Below are positions 37,585 through 46,068 of a stretch of 64,000 nt of DNA, piece after piece (the first letter of the stretch is position 1; each line of letters opens with the position of its first letter). Under the pieces are notes generated by a model. That model did not search any database. It saw only the letters and a list, made by a program, of their open reading frames with translations, and was not told the DNA's origin. The position numbers were made by a program, and so were the translations under genes. Origin of the DNA: Candidatus Aminicenantales bacterium (GTDB lineage Bacteria > Acidobacteriota > Aminicenantia > Aminicenantales > Saccharicenantaceae); contig JBEKXF010000001.1 in assembly GCA_049512315.1 (NCBI GenBank), positions 1 through 64,000 of the forward strand. Reading direction: 5' to 3'.

Positions 37585-38363
37585 AGATCGGCCCTCTGAC
37601 CGTCCACACCTACGGATTCATGATGGCCGTCGGCGTCGGGATGGCGCTGTGGTTCATCTATGTCCAGGCGAAAAAAGCGGGGCTCGATGCCCCCCGGCTC
37701 ATGGACGCGGCCTTCTACACGATCATTGTCTCCCTGATCGGGGCCAAGCTCATCCTTTTCGCGGTCAACTTTTCGTATTATGTCAGCTCTCCCAAGGAGC
37801 TCTTCAGCCTGGCCAAGTCGGGCGGCGTCTTCCAGGGGGGATTGACCTTCGGCGTCATTTTCGCCCTGTGGTATTTCCGGAAGGCGGGGATCCCGACCTG
37901 GCCGGCTGCAGACATCGTTGCCCCGGCCCTGGCCCTGGGCCACGGCTTCGGCCGGATCGGCTGCTTCAGCGCCGGCTGCTGCTACGGGAGCGAATGCGCC
38001 GTGCCCTGGAGCGTCGTTTTCAGGAGCGAATACGCCCACGACCTGACGGGCATCCCCCTCAATACACACCTTCATCCGGTCCAGCTCTACGAAGCGGCCC
38101 TCAATTTCCTGAACTTCGCCATCCTCTTTTTCGTCCTGAGAAAAAAATCTTTTTCCGGCCTGGTTTTCTCCCTTTACATCGTCAATTACTCCGTCATCCG
38201 GTTCATCACCGAATATTTCCGGGGCGACCACCCCGAGCGCGCCTACTTCATCCGCGGTGAGACAACCTTGGCGAGCCTTTCCTATCCCCAGCTGTTTTGC
38301 ATTTTGGGCTTCATCGCGGGGGTCCTGCTGGCCGTGATCTTCAAGCGGCGAAAAAGTGCCTAA
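37566..38363 (+). CDS. lgt: Prolipoprotein diacylglyceryl transferase
   Basis: MHPILL.IG...YG, GRIGCF.AGCCYG, HPVQLYE, RFITEYFRGD. Confidence 0.93.
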   Translation: MHPILLKIGPLTVHTYGFMMAVGVGMALWFIYVQAKKAGLDAPRLMDAAFYTIIVSLIGAKLILFAVNFSYYVSSPKELFSLAKSGGVFQGGLTFGVIFALWYFRKAGIPTWPAADIVAPALALGHGFGRIGCFSAGCCYGSECAVPWSVVFRSEYAHDLTGIPLNTHLHPVQLYEAALNFLNFAILFFVLRKKSFSGLVFSLYIVNYSVIRFITEYFRGDHPERAYFIRGETTLASLSYPQLFCILGFIAGVLLAVIFKRRKSA

Positions 38364-39285
38364 AGAGGAATTCGTCGTCGGACCCGATGCGGGCGAGGGG
38401 AGACGGCTGGACGTTTTTCTGACCGAAAAGATCCCGGTCCTGACCCGCTCCCAGATCAGGAAGCTCCTCGACGAGGGTGCGGCCCGGGTTTCGGGAGCGG
38501 CCCGAAGGGCGAGCTACAAGCTAAGGACCCGCGACGCCGTCGTTTTCGAATACGAGATCCCCGGCCCCGGGCGTCTCGAGCCTCAGGACATCCCCCTCAA
38601 GGTTCTCTACGCGGACGATGACATCATCGTCCTCGACAAGCCCGCAGGTCTCGTCGTCCACCCAGGCGCCGGAAACGCTTCAGGGACGCTGGCCAACGCT
38701 CTCCTCCATCATTTTCCCGAGACGGCGTCGGTCGGCCCTCCGGACAGGCCCGGGATCGTCCATCGGCTGGACAAGGACACTTCGGGGATCATGGTGGCGG
38801 CACGGTCGGCCCGGGCCTATGAATCCCTGGTCGGGCAATTCAGGCGGAAGGACGTCTGGAAGACCTACCTCGGACTCGTCTGGGGAGGAATCACGGCCCC
38901 GGAAGGGCGGATCGATTGGCCCATCGGCCGGCACGCTTCCGAAGGCAAGAAGATCTCCGTCCGGTCCAGGCACCCGAAGGACGCCGAAACGTTTTTCAAG
39001 GTCCTGCAGACGTTCAGGGACACGACCCTGCTCGAGATCAGGCCGGTGACGGGACGGACCCACCAGATCCGGGTCCACCTGGCGGCGGCCGGCCATCCTG
39101 TCGCGGGCGATGCGCTTTACGGCCGCAAGAAGGCCGCGAAAAAATTCCCCCGGCTCTTCCTCCATGCCCACACGATATCGTTCATCCATCCGCGGACGGG
39201 CGAGCGGCTGACCTTTATCTCCCAGCTTCCGCCCGATCTCGAGGCCGTGCTGGAGAAACTCTCAAATACCGGTTATCCAGCTTAA
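38356..39285 (+). CDS. rluD: RluA/RluD family pseudouridine synthase (S4 domain)
   Basis: RLDVFL, KPAGLVVHP, HRLDKDTSG, TGRTHQIRVH, GD.LYG, LHA. Confidence 0.9.
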   Translation: MPKEEFVVGPDAGEGRRLDVFLTEKIPVLTRSQIRKLLDEGAARVSGAARRASYKLRTRDAVVFEYEIPGPGRLEPQDIPLKVLYADDDIIVLDKPAGLVVHPGAGNASGTLANALLHHFPETASVGPPDRPGIVHRLDKDTSGIMVAARSARAYESLVGQFRRKDVWKTYLGLVWGGITAPEGRIDWPIGRHASEGKKISVRSRHPKDAETFFKVLQTFRDTTLLEIRPVTGRTHQIRVHLAAAGHPVAGDALYGRKKAAKKFPRLFLHAHTISFIHPRTGERLTFISQLPPDLEAVLEKLSNTGYPA

Positions 39286-39349
39286 GGGTTGGGTGGCCCT
39301 TAAAGAGTTCGGCACCGTGACAGGACCGGTCGTATCATCGTGACACGGA

Positions 39350-39386
39350 ATTTCCTCTTGAGGAAATGCGCGAATTTGATTATGAT
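39350..39386 (+). promoter_or_regulatory. Promoter of the EF-G paralogue with a palindrome over the -35
   Basis: TTGAGG (39358)-N17-TATGAT (39381); ATTTCCTC-TT-GAGGAAAT at 39350-39367. Confidence 0.5.
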
Positions 39387-39461
39387 AGATATCCATTTTC
39401 TCCAAGAAACCCAGGAATTCTTGGCGGGTAAGGATTTTTCCAGCTCCGAGGAGGCTCGAGG

Positions 39462-41558
39462 ATGAAAGATTACGCCGTCGATAAGATCCGGAACGTGGCC
39501 CTGGTCGGTCACGGTTCGTCGGGAAAGACCTCGCTGACGTCCGCCTTCCTGTTCGACGCGGGGGTGACTAGCCGCCTGACCAAGGTCGACAAGGGCAACA
39601 CCGTCACCGATTACGACCCCGAGGAGATCGAGCGGAAGATCTCCATCAATTCCGCCGTCTGCTTCTGCGAGTGGAGGGACCACAAGATCAACCTCATCGA
39701 CACTCCGGGATACAGCAACTTCCTCTGGGACACCCGGGCCTCCCTTCGCGCGGTGGACGCCGCGGCCGTCTTCATCGACGCCGTTTCGGGTGTCGAGGTC
39801 GGAACGGAAAAGGTCTGGGAGATGCTTGAGGAGTTCGGCCTGCCGCGGATCATCGTCATCAACAAGATGGACCGGGAGAACGCCAGCTTCAAGGGTGCGG
39901 TCGAGGCCGTCCAGCAGTTCTTCGGCCGCCAGGCGATCCCCATCCAGCTGCCGATCGGCGAGGAGAAAAACTTCAGCGGAGTCGCCGACGTCATCGCCGG
40001 CAAGGCCTACCTCTTCGACAAGGACGAGAGCGGTAAATTCAAGGAAGCGGCCGTGCCCGCCGATCTCCAGGCCGAGGTCGCGAAGCGGCGCCGGGACCTC
40101 ATCGAGATGGTCGCCGAGAGCGACGAAAAGCTCATGGAGAAGTATCTTGAGCAGGGCGAGCTGACGCCCGAGGAGTTCCAGAGCGGCCTGAAGCGGGCCA
40201 TCCTCCACCATCAGCTTTATCCTGTCTTCGCGGCTTCGGGGCTCACGAATATCGGCGCCCAGCCGCTCCTGGACGGGATGATCGCCTACCTGCCGTCGCC
40301 GGTCGAACGGGATGGAATCAAGGCCAAGATCAAGGGACAGGACCAGTCGGTCCAGCCGTCCTCGGATGCGCCGTTCTCGGCCTTCGTTTTCAAGACCATC
40401 TCCGACCCCTACACCGGCCGGATCTCTTTGATGAGGGTTTTCTCGGGCCGAATGAACCCCGACGGCGTGGTCACCAACACCACCCGGGAGACGGACGAAA
40501 AGCTCGTCGGCCTATTCTTCCTCCAGGGGAAGGAACAGATCGCCGCGGGCCAGGTCAAGGCGGGCGACATCGCCGCCACGGCCAAGCTCAAGGTGACCTC
40601 GACGAGTGACTCCATCTGCGCCAAGAACGCCGGCATCGAATTCCCGGCCATCAATTTCCCCGAGCCGTCCATCTCCTTCGCTATCGAGCCCAAGACCCGG
40701 GCGGACGAGGACCGGATCTCGCAGGCCACGCATCGGATCACGGAGGAGGACCCGACGGTCAGGATCGAGCGCGACCCGGACACGGCCCAGCTCCTCATCT
40801 CCGGCAACGGCGAGCTCCATGTCCGGATCATCACTGAGCGGCTAAAGAAGCGCTACAACGTGGACGTCGACCTCAAGCCCCCGAAGATCTCCTACAAGGA
40901 AACCATCAAGGGCCGGGCCGATGTCCAGGGCCGGCACAAGAAGCAGACCGGTGGTCGCGGCCAGTTCGGCGACGTCTGGATCAAGATGGAGCCGCTGCCG
41001 CGGGGCAAGGATTTCGAGTTCGAGGACAAAGTGTTCGGCGGCGCCATCCCGCGCAATTTCATCCCGTCCGTCGAAAAGGGCATCCTCGAGGCGCGGAAGA
41101 AGGGCGTCCTCGCCGGCTACCCGGCGGTGGACTTCAAGGTCACCCTTTACGACGGGTCCTACCACGATGTCGATTCTTCGGACATCGCCTTCAAGATTGC
41201 CGCCACCAAGGCCTACAAGAAGGCCATGAAAGAGGCCAAGCCCACGATCCTCGAGCCGGTCATGAGCGTCGAGATCTATACCCCCGAAGCCTACATGGGC
41301 GACATCATGGGCAACCTCAACGGCCGGCGCGGCAAGGTCCAGGGAATGGAGCAGAAGGGGACGATGCGCGTCCTCAAGGCCGCGGTCCCGATGTCGGAGA
41401 TGCTCGACTTCGAGCCGACGCTGACGTCGATCACGGGCGGGCGCGGCTCCTACCTCATGGAATTCTCCCACTACGAAGAGGCGCCGTCCCACATCCAGCA
41501 GAAGATCATCGCCGATGCCGTAAAAGAAGGGCGGGTCCGGCCCGAGGAAGAGGACTGA
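39462..41558 (+). CDS. fusA: Elongation factor G paralogue (EF-G2 type, outside the str operon)
   Basis: GHGSSGKT, DYDPEEIERKISI, DTPG, NKMD, KKQTGGRGQFG, DGSYHDVDSS. Confidence 0.92.
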   Translation: MKDYAVDKIRNVALVGHGSSGKTSLTSAFLFDAGVTSRLTKVDKGNTVTDYDPEEIERKISINSAVCFCEWRDHKINLIDTPGYSNFLWDTRASLRAVDAAAVFIDAVSGVEVGTEKVWEMLEEFGLPRIIVINKMDRENASFKGAVEAVQQFFGRQAIPIQLPIGEEKNFSGVADVIAGKAYLFDKDESGKFKEAAVPADLQAEVAKRRRDLIEMVAESDEKLMEKYLEQGELTPEEFQSGLKRAILHHQLYPVFAASGLTNIGAQPLLDGMIAYLPSPVERDGIKAKIKGQDQSVQPSSDAPFSAFVFKTISDPYTGRISLMRVFSGRMNPDGVVTNTTRETDEKLVGLFFLQGKEQIAAGQVKAGDIAATAKLKVTSTSDSICAKNAGIEFPAINFPEPSISFAIEPKTRADEDRISQATHRITEEDPTVRIERDPDTAQLLISGNGELHVRIITERLKKRYNVDVDLKPPKISYKETIKGRADVQGRHKKQTGGRGQFGDVWIKMEPLPRGKDFEFEDKVFGGAIPRNFIPSVEKGILEARKKGVLAGYPAVDFKVTLYDGSYHDVDSSDIAFKIAATKAYKKAMKEAKPTILEPVMSVEIYTPEAYMGDIMGNLNGRRGKVQGMEQKGTMRVLKAAVPMSEMLDFEPTLTSITGGRGSYLMEFSHYEEAPSHIQQKIIADAVKEGRVRPEEED

Positions 41559-41568
41559 ACCCCGGGGT

Positions 41569-42783
41569 TTATGGAGAGAGGGGAGCCCGGGCCGGGACTT
41601 CCCGGGGCCTTTCCTTGACAAAAAAGAGCAAGGCCGCCGCCACGGCCGTGAGGCCCGCCGATATCAAGAACGGCGCGGTCCTCCCCACGTGGTCCCAGAG
41701 CCAGCCGGCTCCAAGCGACGCCGGCAGCGCGCACAACCCGACGACCAACTGAAACCCTCCGATGATGCTGGCCCGGAATTCGGGGATGCAGAGCTCGGCG
41801 ACGAGCGTCCGCTGGACAGGCTCCAAGGCCGCCTTGTGGACGCCGTATAAGACGAAGATGGCGGGGACCAGGAACATCCCCCGGATCAAGATGACGCCAA
41901 CGCACACGGCCGCCCAGAACCCGAACGAAAGGAAGAGAACGGCCTTGCGGCCGATCCTGTCGGAGAGACGGCCGAAGGGCAGCGAGAGAAGCGCCGCCGA
42001 GGCCGTGAAAACGAGATACAGGACGGGTACGAAGCCGACCTTGAAACCGACGGTCCTGGCGTAAATGAGGAGGAAGGAATACGTGAATGCGCCCAGGGCG
42101 AAGACGGCGTTGACCCCGAAATAGAGGGCCAGGTTCCGGTCGATATGCCGGAGCGACAGGCCTTTGTAGATTTTGCGCTCGGTCGGCTTTTCCTCCTTGA
42201 TCCGGACCAGGATCAGGACGGCGCCGATGACCGACGGGATGGCGGCCAGGGCGAAAAGAGTCCTGAGCCCGACGATGTTGAGGAGGAGGATGCAGGTTGT
42301 GATGCCGAAGACCGCCCCGAAGTTGTCCATGGCTCTCATCAGTCCGAAATGGCTGCCGCGGTTCCGGTCCGTGGAGATGTCGGCGACCATGGCGTCCCGG
42401 GGCGCGCCGCGCATCTTGCCCACCCGGTCCAGGACCTTGAAGGGGATGAGGTGCTGCCAGACGGACGCGACGGCGTAGCCGAGCCGCGAGGCCGACCCAC
42501 AGAGATAGCCCGTCCAGACGAAGATCTTTCTTTTGCGGATCTTGTCCGAGATGTAACCCGAGACCGCCTGGGAGAGAGAGACGAGGGCTTCCCCCAGCCC
42601 ATCGAGCAATCCCAGGGCGGACATGTTGGCCCGCAGGACCTGGGTCACGAACATGGGCCAGACTGGGGCGATGATGTCCGAGCCGAAGTCGTTGAGGAAG
42701 GAGGCCGCGGCGAAGGTCCGGACTGTTTTTTCGGTTTCTTCCGGAGTCTCGGTCATTTCATGATTCTTTCGTGGCCAGGCCAT
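41569..42783 (-). CDS. MFS transporter
   Basis: SFLND..S, GYISDK..RK, DRVGK.R.APRDA, GRLSDRIGRK; alternative start 42756. Confidence 0.9.
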   Translation of the reverse strand: MAWPRKNHEMTETPEETEKTVRTFAAASFLNDFGSDIIAPVWPMFVTQVLRANMSALGLLDGLGEALVSLSQAVSGYISDKIRKRKIFVWTGYLCGSASRLGYAVASVWQHLIPFKVLDRVGKMRGAPRDAMVADISTDRNRGSHFGLMRAMDNFGAVFGITTCILLLNIVGLRTLFALAAIPSVIGAVLILVRIKEEKPTERKIYKGLSLRHIDRNLALYFGVNAVFALGAFTYSFLLIYARTVGFKVGFVPVLYLVFTASAALLSLPFGRLSDRIGRKAVLFLSFGFWAAVCVGVILIRGMFLVPAIFVLYGVHKAALEPVQRTLVAELCIPEFRASIIGGFQLVVGLCALPASLGAGWLWDHVGRTAPFLISAGLTAVAAALLFFVKERPREVPARAPLSP

Positions 42784-42863
42784 CCATTCTATCCTTTCCC
42801 CCGGCCTTCATTCAAGAAGAAACGGGGACGATGCCGAAACACCCCCATTTCCCCCAGCGTCCG

Positions 42864-42893
42864 TTGACATCCCCAAAACCCCGGAGATATGAT
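42864..42893 (+). promoter_or_regulatory. Putative sigma70 promoter
   Basis: TTGACA-N18-TATGAT upstream of GGAGG RBS and ATG 42922. Confidence 0.55.
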
Positions 42894-42921
42894 ACGGAGG
42901 AAATTCCCGACGGAGGACCTT

Positions 42922-44292
42922 ATGAAGCCGACCAAACGCCTCGCCATGTGTTGTGTCATCTTCGCCTGGGGAGTCGTCGCAGTCCGTGCCCATGGGCAGG
43001 CCACATCGCAGGGCCAAGCGCAGGCTCAGCCGCGGGCCCAGGGCCAGACGCAAGCCCAGACACCTACGGCCCAGGCTTCAGCTCAAGCCTCTTCGCAATC
43101 CGAGAAACCGGACCCGACTCTGGTCCTTAAAATCGGCAACCCCAAGCTCAAGGACAAGACCATGGACGTCGGCCTGGGGACGATCATGGCTGCGGAGACG
43201 GGAGCGGCTATCGGCTTCGACCGGATGATCCAGGCCATGAAGGCCAGCCGCTTCGTCTATGTCGGCGAAACTCACAATTCCCTCCCCATGCACGAGATCC
43301 AGTTCCAGATCATCAGGGCCCTCTACGGCCAGGACCGTAACCTGGCGATCGGCCTGGAGATGCTCCCGGTCACGGTCCAGGAGACGCTGAACAGGTGGAG
43401 CTCCGGCCTCCTGACGACGGCCGAGTTCATCCGTGACGTCCGCTGGTACGTCAACTGGAACTTCAGCTTCGGCTTCTACGGGAAGATCTTCGAGTTCGTC
43501 AAGGAGCACCACCTTCCGGTCTACGCCCTGAACGTCCCTCGCGAGATCATCGCCAAGATCCGGATGAAGGGCTGGGACGCCCTGACCGAGGAAGAGAAAA
43601 AGTTCATTCCGAAGGCCCCCGACCTGACGAATAAGGACCACCGGACCCTGATCCGGACGATCTTCGAATCGGCCGAGATCCCGCAGCAGATGAAAGGCGC
43701 CGGGCTCGATATGATGTTCGAGGGTCTCTACCGCGGTCAATCGGCCTGGGACGAGGTGATGTCCGCCAACGCCGTCCGAGGGGCCGAGAGCGAGGGCCGC
43801 AGGATGGTTGTCTGCGCCGGGTCGGGGCATCTTCTCTACAACCTCGGCCTCAACAGGCGGGCCTTCGAGAAGAGCGGGCAGCCGTCGAAAACGGTCATCG
43901 CGGTCGCGATCCCCGCCGGACAGAAGAGCCTCAAGGTTTCCAGGGCGTACGGAGACTACGTTTTGGGGATCGCCGAGGAGGCGAAGCCGGCCTTTCCGAC
44001 GATCGGGTTGAGCTTCAAGAAGGTCGATAACCTGGAGAACCTGGTCGTTGACGCCAAGCCCACGGACGGCGCCGCCGGCCGGGCCGATTTCGACAAGGGG
44101 GACGTCATTCTCACGGTCGACGGCCAGGCTTTTAGCGACATCAACGAGGTCCGGATGTATCTGGCCCGCTTCAAGTGCGGCGACGAGGTCAAGTTCCGGC
44201 TCCTGCGGGGCGGCCAGGTCAAGGACGTCTCGCTGAAATTCGACAAGTGCCTCCAGCCGGAAGCGCGGCCGGCGGAGAAGAAAACGTCCTGA
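42922..44292 (+). CDS. ChaN/Cofac_haem_bdg family exported protein with C-terminal PDZ domain and Gln/Ala-rich linker
   Basis: VYVGETH..H..Q, IGLEM, ALNVPRE, Q..WDEVM, AGSGH; PDZ GAAGRADFDKGDVILTVDG. Confidence 0.82.
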   Translation: MKPTKRLAMCCVIFAWGVVAVRAHGQATSQGQAQAQPRAQGQTQAQTPTAQASAQASSQSEKPDPTLVLKIGNPKLKDKTMDVGLGTIMAAETGAAIGFDRMIQAMKASRFVYVGETHNSLPMHEIQFQIIRALYGQDRNLAIGLEMLPVTVQETLNRWSSGLLTTAEFIRDVRWYVNWNFSFGFYGKIFEFVKEHHLPVYALNVPREIIAKIRMKGWDALTEEEKKFIPKAPDLTNKDHRTLIRTIFESAEIPQQMKGAGLDMMFEGLYRGQSAWDEVMSANAVRGAESEGRRMVVCAGSGHLLYNLGLNRRAFEKSGQPSKTVIAVAIPAGQKSLKVSRAYGDYVLGIAEEAKPAFPTIGLSFKKVDNLENLVVDAKPTDGAAGRADFDKGDVILTVDGQAFSDINEVRMYLARFKCGDEVKFRLLRGGQVKDVSLKFDKCLQPEARPAEKKTS

Positions 44293-44335
44293 TCGAAAGC
44301 TTATCAAGGGTCCCATGAGAAACGGGGAGGAATTC

Positions 44336-46048
44336 ATGTCACGAGAGCACAAGATATTTCACGGTCTGGCCATCGCCGGCGGAATCGTGGTCGTGGGTTT
44401 CCGTCTGGCGGCGGGTCCTGCGACGCTCAGGACCCCGGCTGAAGACAGCGGCTACAAGCAATACACCCAGAACGTGGCCCTCGGAAAATTTCTCAGCGAA
44501 GCCGACACCCTCGCGCGGGAGCTGACGGTTCAGGTCGTCGGCCGGACGAAGGACGTCGAGGAGCTCCCAGGCCAGGAGATTTTCCTGGCGGTCCTGACCG
44601 AAGAGGGCGCCGCCCGGCCGCAGGACCTGAACCGGAAAAAGCCGACCCTCCTTCTGACGGCTTCTCAGCACGGCAACGAACAGTCGGCCAAGGAGGCCGC
44701 TCTGTGGCTCATCCGCGACATCGCCCTCGGAGAGATGAGGCCGTTGCTCAAGAGAATGAACGTCCTCGTCATTCCCCAGGCCAATCCCTACGGCAACCGG
44801 TTCGATGTCCGGCGGAACGAGACCGGCCTCGACATGAACCGGGACCACGTCAAGCTCGAGGCCGCCGGGGTCGAGGCCATCCACCGGGTCTTCCGGGCTT
44901 GGATGCCCGAGGTCACGATCGATGTCCACGAGAAGGGCGACGGCTACTACAAGGTGAATATCGGCTGCGTCTCCAACGTGAATATCAGCCGGGTGCTCCA
45001 GGACTATTCCCGCCGGACGATCCTGGCCGAGGTCGAGGCTTCGCTGAAGAAGAAAAGCATTGCCTTCCATGAGTACCTCGTCACGGAGGAGATGGGCTCG
45101 ACGGGCGCGGCCGGCGTCGAAACGCCGGGAGCCACGGTTGCCCCGAAGGAAGATTACACCCGTTACAGCACGACGGACCTCAACGACGGCCGGAACAGCC
45201 TCGGGATTTACGAAACGCTGTCCTTCATCCAGGAAGGGGCGTCACGCCATGATCTGGAGACGCTCGCGGCGAGGACACAGTGGCAGTATTGGGGGCTCCG
45301 TTTCTTCATGGAGTCCACCGCGGACCACGGGGCCGAGATCATTAAGATCGTCCGCGACTTGAGGGCCAAGCTCCTGGAAAGGGGCCAGGCCGGCGCGGCG
45401 GACGATCTCGTCCACCTCAGGATGGATTTCGCCCGGGACCCCAAGAACCCGACATTAACCCTGCAGAAGTACGAAGAGGCGGGGGCCCCGGCCGTGGTGG
45501 GGATCCTCAAGGTCGATAAGAAGGCCGGCGATACGCTCACGGCCCAGGATATCGCGCCCTCCAGGCAGATGACGGGGCGCAGAGTCGTTACCGAAGTCGT
45601 CAGGAACTGGTTCCCCGAAGTGACCCCGACGGTCAGCATTGTCCGGCCCATCGGCTACATCATCCCGGCCAAGCACACCGACGTCGTCGAAACCCTGCTC
45701 CGCCACGGCATCGCGGTCCAGATGCTCATCCAGGACAAGGCCGTCGACGTCGAGGCTTACGAGGTGCTGGACATCGTTCCGGCGGCCGACGATTACCTGG
45801 CGCCGTCGAAGATCGCGGTGGAAAAAAAGGCCCTGTCGACCGTCGTCAAGCACGGCGATTTCTACGTGAGCTGTGGCCAGGAAGCCGCCAACCTGATCCC
45901 CTGCCTTCTCGAGCCAGAATCGGATTTCGGGCTCATCAGGTATTGGAAGCTCGGCCTCGTTCCGAAAATTGGAGACCTGTTCGCGGTTTACCGGTTGTCG
46001 AAACCCCAGACGCTGCCTCTCGCGCCGTACAAGCCTTGGCCCCGTTAG
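44336..46048 (+). CDS. M14 family zinc carboxypeptidase-like exported protein
   Basis: QHGNE, NPYG..RRN...DMNRDH, IDVHE. Confidence 0.85.
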   Translation: MSREHKIFHGLAIAGGIVVVGFRLAAGPATLRTPAEDSGYKQYTQNVALGKFLSEADTLARELTVQVVGRTKDVEELPGQEIFLAVLTEEGAARPQDLNRKKPTLLLTASQHGNEQSAKEAALWLIRDIALGEMRPLLKRMNVLVIPQANPYGNRFDVRRNETGLDMNRDHVKLEAAGVEAIHRVFRAWMPEVTIDVHEKGDGYYKVNIGCVSNVNISRVLQDYSRRTILAEVEASLKKKSIAFHEYLVTEEMGSTGAAGVETPGATVAPKEDYTRYSTTDLNDGRNSLGIYETLSFIQEGASRHDLETLAARTQWQYWGLRFFMESTADHGAEIIKIVRDLRAKLLERGQAGAADDLVHLRMDFARDPKNPTLTLQKYEEAGAPAVVGILKVDKKAGDTLTAQDIAPSRQMTGRRVVTEVVRNWFPEVTPTVSIVRPIGYIIPAKHTDVVETLLRHGIAVQMLIQDKAVDVEAYEVLDIVPAADDYLAPSKIAVEKKALSTVVKHGDFYVSCGQEAANLIPCLLEPESDFGLIRYWKLGLVPKIGDLFAVYRLSKPQTLPLAPYKPWPR

Positions 46049-46068
46049 ATACTGAGGCCCGACCCCGA

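Noticed and set aside
43000..43100. Repetitive GCCCAG/GGCCCA tract as CRISPR or tandem repeat
   Set aside because: It encodes the Gln/Ala-rich linker; no regular repeat-spacer array was seen anywhere in the window.
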